64,000 nucleotides of DNA from Octopus vulgaris (Eukaryota). A program made the translations under genes and the position numbers. The stretch spans positions 52,762,001 to 52,826,000 of the forward strand of contig OX597833.1 in assembly GCA_951406725.2 (NCBI GenBank), in the 5' to 3' direction. The notes below the pieces were generated by a model, which ran no database searches, was not told the DNA's origin, and saw only the letters and a program-made list of their open reading frames with translations. This document shows, one piece after another, positions 27,285-40,122 of this stretch (its first letter is position 1; every line of letters starts with the position of its first letter).

Positions 27285-27655
27285 ATCAGGCGCATGCGCA
27301 GATTAAGTTGAATGCTATTAAATAGATGTTTGTCTATTCCAGCACGTGATTAGTTTGAGTTATTCAATATGGAAAGTCGCTCCTACATGTTAGATAGAGA
27401 TTAGAAAAGGAGAGGGATACAGAGCGATAGGTGAGACAGAGAGTGATAAAGAAATATAGAGGAATTGAGGGAAAGAAGACCTACAGACAGTATGATAATG
27501 AGAGTATTATTTATTATACGTGTATGTTGTATCGTATATATATGCGTCCGTGCGACTGCGTGTAGGAAACAGGAAGACACGTGATTGGGCGATTACAGTG
27601 CGAAAAAAAAAATTTACAGTCCAGTAATAGCTTCGGATCTCATAGCCATGTTAAA
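27285..27655. promoter_or_regulatory. Candidate Pol II promoter (NRF1, E-box, ETS, CCAAT, YY1-like motifs)
   Basis: GCGCATGCGC (27290), CACGTGA (27343, 27578), AGGAAG, ATTGG directly after the second E-box, GCCATGTT; non-repeat sequence followed by a UTR-like simple-repeat region. Confidence 0.4.
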
Positions 27656-27795
27656 AAAATATATATATATAATAATAATAATAATTTAATCCACAAATAA
27701 GAAGAGGGGAAAGTGAAAGTAAAAAATAAATTTGACAAAAGAACTTTCCAGACTGCAGGAGGGCAAACGGCAGATTGCAAAAGTAAAATTAGGAC

Positions 27796-27868
<73 letters not shown>

Positions 27869-28253
27869 GGGGTTAAAGACGCTGGTTTGTTGATGTTGCA
27901 GCTACTGCCCTTGTACTTCTCCTTCGTAACAAAAAAAAAAAACAATTCTTTACTTATTTTCTGGTCGTTGTTGTTGTTGTTGTTGCTGTTGTTGTTCTTA
28001 TTATGCTTGCTTTCTTTTATAATGGTGAATGAGTGAGTGAAGGTTTTTTATTTATTTATTTATATATAAGATATTTCTTTATTTTCTTAACAAAAAAAAA
28101 AACAACAAAAAAATTCGCCGTTTTTTTTTTGGTCGTCGTTCTAAGCCGATAACTATCCTATTGTGATTGAACCGTGTCGCTGCTTATCATAACAAAAATA
28201 CCATCAACGAAAATCGCTTGCTCTTCCAATTGCCGAAGGCGCGTCCTCATAGC

Positions 28254-28331
<78 letters not shown>

Positions 28332-28689
28332 TGTTGTTGTTGTTGTTGTGTTTGCTGTTGTTGTCGTTCTTCGTCAGAGTGCACACAAATTATAATAATC
28401 TACAACACTAAAGTCATTATGATGTTTGTGTTTAGTTTTCTAGTGATTTTCTTTTTTTCCTATATATATTTTTTTTTGAAGGGAGAGGAGGCGGGGGGGG
28501 GGGGGGTTATTGCCCTTATGACGTACAACTAAATCCCTTTGTATGAGTGTGTGTGTGTGTGTGTATGTTTGTATGTGTGCGTGTATGAAATCGTTTTTAA
28601 TGGAGAAATTCGAACTAGACAAAACTCGGCGTTAAAAAGATTTATTTCATATCTCTCGAAGTTTGTAAATACTTATCACGTAAACAATA

Positions 28690-29205
28690 CATATATACAC
28701 ATACATACATACATACACACATACATACATACATACATACATACATACATACATACATACATACATACATACATACATACACACATATAAACATACATAT
28801 ATATAAACATACATACATACATACATACATACATACATACATACATACATACATACATACATACATACATACATACATACATACATACATACATACATAC
28901 ATACATACATACATACATACATACATACATACACACATATAAACATACATATATATAAACATACATACATACATACATACATACATACATACATACATAC
29001 ATACATTCATACATACATACATACATACATACATACATACATACATACATACATACACACATATAAACATACATATATATAAACATACATACATACATAC
29101 ATACATACATACATACATACATACATACATACATACATTCATACATACATACATACATACATACATACATACATACATACATACATACATACATACATAC
29201 ATACT
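28690..29205. repeat. (TACA)n array with higher-order spacer
   Basis: CACACATATAAACATACATATATATAAAC recurs at ~28780, 28932, 29057. Confidence 0.85.
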
Positions 29206-29660
29206 TATATGTGTGTTTTGTGTTTGTGTTTTATTGCCATCTATAATAGTAGATGGTCTATGTCTAATACAGCCATTTGAAGCGATTTTTATGTCTCAAC
29301 CTGATTTAAACTTTTGTATTTTTTCATATTTTTTCATACGTAGTTCAAAATAATATCAAGGGCTTTAAATATTTACTCATAATTACAATACGATACACAC
29401 ATACACACATACACGCATACACATATATATCTATGTGTACACACACGTGTGTGTATGTGCGTTAAAGGCACGAAATTGCGTTTGATTCACTGGCCGGTAA
29501 CTGATGAGGAATTGGGAACATTCTGTTTTCCGTTCGTCTGTGCATTTATTATGTTTTTTAACTTGTCATCCTGTGTCTGTTTTTCGTTTCTGCGTTTACT
29601 ATTAGTTTTTTAACTTATATATATACCCGACACAAACATACATACATACATACATACATA

Positions 29661-29890
29661 AGGCGGCGAGCTGGCAGAATCGTTAGCACACCGGGTGAAA
29701 TGCGTAGCCGTATTTCGTCTGCCACTGCATTCTGAGTTCAAATTCTGCCGAGGTCGACTTTGCCTTTCATCCTTTCGGGGTCGATAAATTAAGTACTAGT
29801 CACGCAGTGGGGTCAATGTAATCGACTTAATCCGTTCGTCTGTCCTTGTTTGTCCCCTCTATGTTTAGCCCCTTGTGGGTAGTAAAGAAA
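29661..29890 (+). mobile_element. Full-length SINE B
   Basis: Head to GTAAAGAAA tail. Confidence 0.9.
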
Positions 29891-29919
29891 CACACACACA
29901 TACACACACACACACACAC

Positions 29920-29994
<75 letters not shown>

Positions 29995-30171
29995 TAGAGA
30001 GAGAGATGCATGCATACATACATACATTGATACTCGACATTTGCAATTTGCAATTCTTGACATTTAACGTTACCCATTCCCAAGCAATATTTACATGAGA
30101 CAACTGCGCACACACGGACACAACGCGCGCACACACACACACACACACATACACATAAACACACACACTCG

Positions 30172-30202
<31 letters not shown>

Positions 30203-30379
30203 TGAGAGAATCAGTGTGATTATATCAAACTCAACAATACAGCATATAACACACGTGGTACAATTGAACTCTCTAGAAACAATGTGCATGTGTGTGTGTG
30301 GGGGTGTTTGTATTTGTGTGTGTGTGTTTGTATTTGTGTGTGTGTGTGTGTGTGTGTGTCTAAGAAGCGAGTGTTTCGT

Positions 30380-30450
30380 TTTAACATGGCCGACATAATG
30401 CCATGACGTCACAACATTAAGACAAGATGGCGTAGGAGATAATGGTGTTG
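30380..30450. promoter_or_regulatory. Candidate enhancer motif cluster
   Basis: Full CRE TGACGTCA flanked by YY1-like AACATGGCCG and AAGATGGCG in unique sequence. Confidence 0.3.
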
Positions 30451-30960
30451 GTGAGCTCATTGCCAGTATTAGTGAACGCCGGATTAACATCCGCTGATTG
30501 ACAACATCTCTTTAGCACATCAGTTTCAAGTGGACAGCCACTATTGATGGTGGACATTTCGACCAATATTTCCATGGTAGCCGAGACGGGACATAATTGC
30601 CCTAGTAGCAAAGCCTTTCTTCATACTATCTCTATATCTATCTTTTGCTCTTAATCTCTCACTCACTTTCTCTCTTTCGCCTTTCTCTTTGTCTCTCTCT
30701 CTCTCTCTTATTTTACTTCTCCCTTTCCTTAATTCTATCTCTTTCGTTTCTCATTTCTTTTTCTGTTCCTTTAAGTCTGTCTCTTTCACTTGTATTTCCT
30801 ATATCTTTAATACCTTATCCCGCCACCCCCACACACGCACACACACATGCGTGCGAACAGTATCTTTCAGTTCCTTTCACTATTTTATCTTTCTTTCCTT
30901 CACACTCCCTTCTTCTGTGTCTCTTTCTCTTTTCTCTCTATCTCTCTTTCTCTCTCTCTC

Positions 30961-30996
<36 letters not shown>

Positions 30997-31129
30997 TCTT
31001 GCTCCCGCTCAATCTCTCTAACTCTATTTCTGAGAAATATCGATATATCTCCGTTTGCAGGTCGACACATATATATCTATATACACTCATCAGTTTCGCT
31101 CAATCTATCTATCTAACTATCTATCTACA

Positions 31130-31223
<94 letters not shown>

Positions 31224-31224
31224 C

Positions 31225-31280
<56 letters not shown>

Positions 31281-31702
31281 TTATCCATACATACATATGT
31301 GTATGTGTGTGTGTCTCTGTCTGTGAATCGGTGTCTATATATCTGTCTTTCTTTTATGTATCTGTCTATGTATCTGTCTGTCTGTCTGTCTATCTATATG
31401 TGTATGTGTTTGTGTGTTCGTGTGATCATGTGTGTTTGTGTGTATGTATGTCTGTCTGCCTATCTATCTGTCTACCTATATATCTATCTGTCTGTCTGTC
31501 TGCCTGTGTCTATCTGCATGTCTTCTTGTTTGTCTATCTGTCTATCTGTCTGTCTATGTTTACTTATATCTTCTTATATGATTATATGTCCACCTTTCAG
31601 TGCTTATTAATCTGTCAATCGTTAAACCAAGCGAACTAATTTATCTATACACAACATACAGATATAGGTGTCGTATGTCAGATTATGCATTTACACACAC
31701 AC

Positions 31703-31762
<60 letters not shown>

Positions 31763-31792
31763 ACACACGAGACTGACTACAGCAAAATTTTA

Positions 31793-32011
31793 TTAAGAGC
31801 TCAAATTTGGATACAAATTTTTAACCCCCAATAGAATGTATTTTTCTGTCTGACTCCCAAATAATTTCTTTCTAATATTTCTAATATTTGATAAGATGGG
31901 TCCATTGAAACAACAATATTTTATTAAACATTCTCTATAATATACTTCTATGCCTTTTCCAACATAATTTTTTAAAAATATATTTTTTGATTTGTATGGA
32001 CTCCTAACCAC
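31793..32011 (-). pseudogene. Degenerate Penelope-like RT fragment
   Basis: VVRSPYKSKNIFL...YILLGVKNLYPNL resembles the PLE RT segment SP.Y..SKFL...SFDV.SLY.NI. Confidence 0.4.
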
Positions 32012-32016
32012 TTTTC

Positions 32017-32070
<54 letters not shown>

Positions 32071-32071
32071 A

Positions 32072-32105
<34 letters not shown>

Positions 32106-32163
32106 GCTGTGTGTCTGTCTATCTAGCTAGCTAGCTATAATATATGTGTGTGTGTGTGTGTGT

Positions 32164-32348
32164 AGGGAGAATTCACAAAAAAAAACAAAAGACGAAGTCA
32201 GGTGGTGTAGGCAACAAACAGATGTATTAGTAAAATGCTCGGGAAGCGAAAAAGTCTTTAAAGTTTCGAGCCTAAGCTCTTCCACAGAAAGGAACACAGA
32301 AAGAAACAAAGAGGGAAAATAAAGAATGTGTAGTGGCTAGCGATCTAT
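32164..32348 (-). mobile_element. Penelope-like terminal-repeat remnant (family B) with hammerhead-like motif at 32256-32291
   Basis: Repeated at 40853-40990, 41110-41290, 51535-51700 (variant), 51828-52018; always abuts a microsatellite. Confidence 0.6.
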
Positions 32349-32349
32349 C

Positions 32350-32520
32350 TTAACTTAGGAGTTCGGCAAAAAAAGACCGATAGAATAAGCACTAGGCTGA
32401 CAAAGAATAAGTCCTGGAGGTCGATTTCTTTCTCTAAAAAACCCTTTAGGGCGGTGCAGCAACATTGCCGCAGTCAAATGACTGAAACAAGTAAAAGAAA
32501 AAAAGAATAAAAGCATATGA

Positions 32521-32571
<51 letters not shown>

Positions 32572-33077
32572 GGAAGACATATATATACGTTTACTCTCTT
32601 ATACTTGTTTCAGTCATTTGACTGTGGCCATGCTGGAGCACCGCTTTTAGTCGAGCAAATCGACCCCACGACTTTTTCTTTGTAAGCTTAGTACTTATTC
32701 TATTGATCTCTTCTGCCAAACCGTTAAGTTACGGGGAAGTAAACACCCCAGCATCGGTTTGCAAGTGATGTTGGGGGAACAAACCCACACACACAAACAT
32801 ATACACACACACACATACATACATACATACATACATACATACATACATACATACATACATACATACATACATACATACACATTATACATACATATATACA
32901 GATATATATATGTATATATATATACGACGGGCTTCTTTCAGTTTCCGTCTACCAAATCAACTCACAAGCCTTTGGCCGGCCCGAGGCTATAGTAGAAGAC
33001 ACTTGCCCAAGGTGCCTCGCAGTGGGACTGAACCCGGAACCATGTGGTTCGTAAGCAAGCTACTTACCACACAGCCG
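32350..33077. mobile_element. SINE A 3' half (+, 32350-32510) and full SINE A (-, 32590-33077)
   Basis: Family A matches. Confidence 0.85.
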
Positions 33078-33146
33078 CTTATATAATATATATGTGTATA
33101 CATACATATAAATGCTTTTTTATATGTGCTTATATATTTATATATA

Positions 33147-33308
<162 letters not shown>

Positions 33309-33765
33309 TGTGTGTGAGAGAGAGAGGAAGTGGAGGAGAGAGGGATATGTGCGAGCGTGTGTATATTTTGTGCAAACATGCCAACGTGCACGTGTGCGTA
33401 AGATACAACAATCTTCTTCTGATATATATCTGTTATCTGCTCTGTACAAGAAACCAACGTGCATTTTCTCTCAAGTGTGACTGATTTCGGAATGCGGTTA
33501 ATTTCTTTGTAATCAGATACCTTCCTGTGTGAATGATTAGACCTATTGATGCCAGATGCAAGGCAATGGGATTTTACGTTATCGCAGGAATTGGCAAACT
33601 CATTGATATCCGCCTCAATCATAGGAATCGAAACCAGTTAGGGATCCTGGTAAAGCAATTTGCTTAGTTCTGGCTTTCGTGTGTGTGTGTGAGTGAGTGT
33701 ATGCGCGCGCGTGTGTATGTATATATACATATTATATATATATATGCATCTGTACGTATGTATGA

Positions 33766-33815
<50 letters not shown>

Positions 33816-34148
33816 AGTGGCTGTGTGGTAAGTAGCTTGCTAACAAACCACATGGTTCCGGGTTCAGTCCCACTGCGTGGGAAACTGAAAGAAGCCTGTC
33901 GTATATATGTGTATATATATATATATATTTGTATGTGTGTGTTTGAGTGTCTGTGTGTGTCCCCCCTAGCATTGCTTGACAACCGATGCTGGTGTGTTTA
34001 CGTCCCCGTCACTTAGCGGTTCGGCAAAAGGGACCGATAGAATAAGTACTGGGCTTACAAAGAATAAGTCCCGGACTCGATTTGCTCGACTAAAGGCTAT
34101 TCTCCAGCATGGCTGCAGTCAAATGACTGAAACAAGTAAAAAAAAGAG
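33816..34148 (+). mobile_element. SINE A with internal deletion
   Basis: CCCACTGCGTGG joined directly to GAAACTGAAAGAAG. Confidence 0.85.
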
Positions 34149-34318
34149 TATATGAGGTATATTTGCCATCTCAATATGGATAACCACTAAGGGTGGATGT
34201 TACTGTAGCTTGTAGCCCCAAGAGAACATCTCCTCCAGCTGGCTATAGGCACACTTTCTCTGACCTATCGGTATTTGCAAAGGGAGGTCATCCTTCCCTC
34301 GTCAACCTAAGTGATACG

Positions 34319-34359
34319 CACGGACTGCAGTTTCTGGGTATTGACCCGTCGTCAGCGCA
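34319..34359 (-). ncRNA. Minimal type I hammerhead ribozyme motif in a Penelope-like remnant (~34150-34400)
   Basis: Minus strand UGCG-CUGACGA-C-GGGU-caau-ACCC-A-GAA-ACUGCAGU-C-CGUG: canonical CUGANGA, GAAA, GUC site, palindromic stem III. Confidence 0.7.
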
Positions 34360-34543
34360 TGACAATCACCGGTTTTCGATGAAAGGAGTTCCCAATGCTA
34401 ATATTTATATCCTTTTTTTCAGTAACTTTTCGTCACTGATCTCGAAAAGGTGTATACAAGCTATAATAAATCTCTGAACGAGGTATAGACAGTAACTGCA
34501 CGAAGAAGCGCATCGAAAGCAAGGAAACTGTCACTTTCGCATA

Positions 34544-36521
34544 TCTTTATATATAAAAGAGAGGTTGTGTGCTGTCTGTCTCCTACGATTTAGATTCCTA
34601 ACTACTCCCACATTATGCGGTGCAGTTTAACCAAAACTGGGTATCTTATAGTCGTGATTCATATCGAGCCCTTCTGGGTATTAGCGCGCGTCTACGATGA
34701 GTCTACGATTTAAAAAAAAATTACCATCAATTTTTTCCCATTTTTAATGCATTTTTGGCATATATAAGGGAAGTAACTCTCTAAAAAATTTATTAATAAA
34801 TCTCAGAACGTAAAAAGCTACAGTAACACCCCCCCCTTTTTGGTTAGCCATATTGAGATGGCTATTATACTTTACATCTCTAAAAATGCTTATATAGTTA
34901 TTTCCCTTACAAACCCGAGCAACGCCGGGCGATACTGCTAGTCTTTATATATAAAAGTGAAGTTGTGTGTCTGTCTACTCCGATTTAGATTCCTAACTAC
35001 TCCCACATTATGCGGTGCAGTTTAACCAAAACCGGGTATCTTATAGTCGTGATTCATATCGAGCCCTTCTGGGTATTAGCGCGCGTCTACGATGAGTCTA
35101 CGATTTAAAAAAAAAATTACCATCAATTTTTCCCATTTTTAATGCATTTTTGGCATATATAAGGGAAGTAACTCTCTAAAAAATTTATTAATAAATCTCA
35201 GAACGTAAAAAGCTACAGTAACACCTCCCCCCCTTTGTGGTTAGCCATATTGAGATGGCTATTATACTTTACATCTCTAAAAATGCTTATATAGTTATTT
35301 CCCTTACAAACACGAGCAACGCCGGGCGATACTGCTAGTCTTTATATATAAAAGTGAAGTTGTGTGTCTGTCTACTCCGATTTAGATTCCTAACTACTCC
35401 CACATTATGCGGTGCAGTTTAACCAAAACCGGGTATCTTATAGTCGTGATTCATATCGAGCCCTTCTGGGTATTAGCGCGCGTCTACGATGAGTCTACGA
35501 TTTAAAAAAAAATTACCATCAATTTTTTCCCATTTTTAATGCATTTTTGGCATATATAAGGGAAGTAACTCTCTAAAAAATTTATTAATAAATCTCAGAA
35601 CGTAAAAAGCTACAGTAACACCCCCCTTTGTGGTTAGCCATATTGAGATGGCTATTATACTTTACATCTCTAAAAATGCTTATATAGTTATTTCCCTTAC
35701 AAACCCGAGCAACGCCGGGCGATACTGCTAGTCTTTATATATAAAAGTGAAGTTGTGTGTCTGTCTACTCCGATTTAGATTCCTAACTACTCCCACATTA
35801 TGCGGTGCAGTTTAACCAAAACCGGGTATCTTATAGTCGTGATTCATATCGAGCCCTTCTGGGTATTAGCGCGCGTCTACGATGAGTCTACGATTTAAAA
35901 AAAATTACCATCAATTTTTCCCATTTTTAATGCATTTTTGGCATATATAAGGGAAGTAACTCTCTAAAAAATTTATTAATAAATCTCAGAACGTAAAAAG
36001 CTACAGTAACACCCCCCCTTTGTGGTTAGCCATATTGAGATGGCTATTATACTTTACATCTCTAAAAATGCTTATATAGTTATTTCCCTTACAAACCCGA
36101 GCAACGCCGGGCGATACTGCTAGTCTTTATATATAAAAGTGAAGTTGTGTGTCTGTCTACTCCGATTTAGATTCCTAACTACTCCCACATTATGCGGTGC
36201 AGTTTAACCAAAACTGGGTATCTTATAGTCGTGATTCATATCAAGCCCTTCTGGGTATTAGCGCGCGTCTATGATGAGTCTACGATTTAAAAAAAAAAAA
36301 TTACCATCAATTTTTCCCATTTTTAATGCATTTTTGGCATATATAAGGGAAGTAACTCTCTAAAAATTTATTAATAAATCTCAGAACGTAAAAAGCTACA
36401 GTAACACCTCCCCCCCTTTGTGGTTAGCCATATTGAGATGGCTATTATACTTTACATCTCTAAAAATGCTTATATAGTTATTTCCCTTACAAACCCGAGC
36501 AACGCCGGGCGATACTGCTAG
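34544..36521 (+). mobile_element. Tandem array of five non-autonomous Helitron units (34544-34941, 34942-35338, 35339-35731, 35732-36123, 36124-36521)
   Basis: Each unit 5'-TC...subterminal hairpin CCCGAGCAACGCCGGG...CTAG-3'; array lies between A and T, no TSD; junctions CTAG|TC. Confidence 0.9.
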
Positions 36522-36683
36522 TCTGTTATACAAGTGTGTGTGTAATGTTTATCGCCACTTCAACATAGCTGTTCCGTAGGAACCTACATTACTATCGTCC
36601 GGTTACGAGCTATTTGTGTTTATCCTCAGAGATGGACACCCATCCGCTATACATGTATGTATGTATGTATGTATGTATGTATG

Positions 36684-36714
<31 letters not shown>

Positions 36715-36716
36715 TT

Positions 36717-36920
36717 GGAAGCGCGTAGTTTAGTGGTTAGCGTGTTGTACTCGTGACCATTAAATTGCGGTTTCGATTCCTTGAGCGGTCGCTATTCTTG
36801 AGCAATAACACATATCACGTTGCTTCAGTTCGCTCATCCGGTAAAAATAAGTAAGTCTACAACGGACCGGCTTCCCGTCCAGGGAGAGGGGAATAGATAT
36901 ATACGTCATAAATCCGGGAA
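36717..36920 (+). mobile_element. Degenerate SINE family D
   Basis: tRNA head ...GGTTTCGATTCC, TTCTTGAGCAA core; related to 47473-47715. Confidence 0.65.
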
Positions 36921-37007
36921 ATGGTGACGGTGATGGTGGTTGTGATGATGGTGGTGGTGGCAGTGGCAGTGGTGGTGGTGACGGTAGTAGTAGTAGTAGT
37001 AGTAGTC

Positions 37008-37240
37008 GGCGGTGAGCTGGCAGAAACATTAGCACGCCGGGCGAAATGCTTCGCTGTATTTCGTCTGCCGTTACGTTCTGAGTTCAAATTCCGCCGAGGT
37101 CGACTTTGCCTTTCATCCTTTCGGGGTCGATTAAATAAAGTACCAGTTGCGCACTGGGGTCGATGTAATCGACTTAATCCGTTTGTCTGTCCTTGCTTGT
37201 CCCCTCTGTGTTTAGCCCCTTGTGGGTAGTAAAGAAATAG
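37008..37240 (+). mobile_element. Full-length SINE B inserted in (GTA)n/(GGT)n
   Basis: Complete copy flanked by GTA repeats. Confidence 0.9.
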
Positions 37241-37305
<65 letters not shown>

Positions 37306-37336
37306 GGTGGTGGTGGTGGTGGTGGTGGTGGTGACG

Positions 37337-37377
<41 letters not shown>

Positions 37378-37902
37378 CATCTAGTTTTTCTTTTGTATTT
37401 ATTAGTTTAGGTTTTCTATAGTCATTATATTATTGTCGTCTGCTCTGCTCTTCTCCAATTTCTTCCTGAAATAACAAAAGCTGCAGCAGAAAATTTCGAT
37501 GAAAGATTAAATAACGAGAATAGCTTGGCTTTCTATTTCAGTCGGTAAATACTCAATCATCCCCTTTGGGTATTAAAATATTTCGTTCGATCTGAAGGGG
37601 AGAATGTGAGAGCGATAGAGAAGGAGAGAGAGAGGGAGGGTATGAACAGGATGCTTCCAATAAGGTGTTAATTTAACATTTCAAATATGGCGGCGACTTT
37701 TTTCTTTTACATTCTCTTCACATAATTTTATGCGTCGGTTTCAAGGAATTTATGAAAGACTTCGGCTGAGGCTGAAGTTGAAGATGTTTGTTGTAGTTAT
37801 TTTTTGTGTCTCGAAGTGTGAGAGATGGAGAGGGGGGTGTCAGTATGCTTAATTTACATGAATGCCTTTTCAATCCCCCACCTACCTCTTTCTATCTCTG
37901 CT

Positions 37903-37939
<37 letters not shown>

Positions 37940-38029
37940 TGTATGTATGTATGTATGTATGTGTATATATATATATACATATATATATATACATATATAT
38001 ATGTATATATTTATGTATGTATGTATGTG

Positions 38030-38080
<51 letters not shown>

Positions 38081-38132
38081 CATATATGTACATACATATA
38101 TATATATATGTATATATTTATGTATGCATGTG

Positions 38133-38179
<47 letters not shown>

Positions 38180-39619
38180 GTGCGTGTGTGTATATATTTA
38201 TGTATGTATGTATGGATGGATGGATGGATGGATATGCATCTATGTTTATATATGCATATATAACTCTGCGTACGAGTTTTTATATATGAAATCGCACGTT
38301 AGATAGATAGATAGATAACATTTAGATAATAGTCTTATAACAGTAAGCAAAGGATATTCCCATGTCTTATTCCATATCTTGATGGCATTTGGAATCCACT
38401 AACTTTGTTAGCAATAACCGAGGTCAGCTTTGTCTTTCATTCCTCCGGGGTCGATAATGTAAATTACCAATAGAGGAAGCGATATAATCGACTAAATCCC
38501 TCTTTCAAAAATTGCTGACCTTCTGTATGTGTGTATGCGTGTGTGTGTGTATGTGCGTGTGTACGTGTGTGAGTGAGAGAGAGAGAGAAAGTAGGAGAGA
38601 GGAGGAGGAGAATAGACAGAGGGGAGAGAGAGGAAGAGGGAGAGGAGCTGGGTGAGATTGATTGAGAGAGAGAGAGAGAGAGAGAGAGAAGGGTATAGTT
38701 ATTTGTCCAAATACATTAAGACAACGAATTCTAAAACATGTAGTGACTTTGAAGATCCATTGAAATGGTGAAGGCAAAGGGAGATAAGTATGCACATATG
38801 GTTGCTTTTCAGCTAAAAAAAAATTGGTCTTTAAATCTTTTGGTATGGCTACATTTATACTGAAAGAAGAAAATTTTTTAATAATGAGGGAATATAAAGA
38901 ACGGAAGAAATCGATAAACCCTTCACTTTTTTGCTTATGTCTTCTATCAGAATGAGACTACTGGATGCGGTTGTTTGGACGCTGATGTTTCTTCACAGCT
39001 GACGGGAGATTCAATGTGTTAGGGGCAGTGCGTTTTGGCACTCGAGGCAGACAGAGACACACAGTCGCATGTGCAGAATTATACACATACATACATACAT
39101 ACATACATACATACATACATACATACATACATCGAGAGAGAGAGATAAATATTAGAATTTATTAATTGAGCACGATTGAAATAAACACTTTCCATCTCTT
39201 CAAACACATAAAGAGAAATATGCTCACACACATAAACACAGGGACAGAGGGGGAGTGGGGGAGGCGACAAAATGGCTGTGCTATAACGTCCCATAGTCAT
39301 TAGTTCAATAGTGAGAATACTTAAAAGACGGAAGCCTTTGTTGGCAAATAAGTTAGCATGGAATCAGCGGTGCCAGACAGGCAGCGACAAAATGGCTGAG
39401 CCAAAATGTCCCATATTCATTTCTGATGTCGTATCCATACAATATACTTTGGTCACGTGGCAACTTAGAAACAACAACCAAATAACACCCAAAGATCATA
39501 AAAAAAACACACTCTACTATCCCCCAAAAGACAACACCCTAGTATTTTTTTAAAAAGACATATTTGGGTAATGTAATCCGGAGCACTCAATACCTGAACA
39601 AGAATAAATTGTGGAATAC

Positions 39620-39847
39620 TCTTTACTCTTTTTATTCTTTTACTTGTTTCAGCCATTTGACTGTGGCTATGCTGGAGCACGGCATTTAGTCTAACAAATC
39701 GACCCCAGGACTTTGGAAGCCTAGTACTTATTCTATCGGTCTCTTTTTGCCGAACCGCTAAGTTACGGAGACGTAAACACACCAGCATCGGTTGTCAAGC
39801 GATGTTGGGGGAGACAAACACACAAACATATACACACACATACACAT

Positions 39848-39896
<49 letters not shown>

Positions 39897-40120
39897 CATA
39901 CATACATACATACATACATACATACATACATACATACATACATACATACACATATATACAACGGGCTTCTTTCAGTTTCCGTCTACCAAATCCACTCACA
40001 AGGCTTTGGTAGGCCCGAGGCTATAGTAGAAGACACTTGCCCGAGGTGCCACGCAGTGGGAATGAACCCGGAACCTTGCGGTTGGTAAGCGAGCTACTTA
40101 CCACACGGCCACTCCTGCGT
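39620..40120 (-). mobile_element. Full-length SINE A
   Basis: Family A head and tail with long internal microsatellite. Confidence 0.9.
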
Positions 40121-40122
40121 CT

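Noticed and set aside
29495-29530. CTGATGA core followed by a GAAT/ATTC stem
   Set aside because: No GAAA or cleavage triplet follows; at most a deleted hammerhead remnant
33400-33660. Non-repetitive minus-strand reading frame ([19 protein letters not shown]...)
   Set aside because: All three frames hit stops shortly after the nearest acceptor; no recognisable homology
34544-36521. Array considered as a CRISPR-like or RNA-gene cluster
   Set aside because: No unique spacers and no recognisable snRNA, 5S or tRNA; termini fit a Helitron
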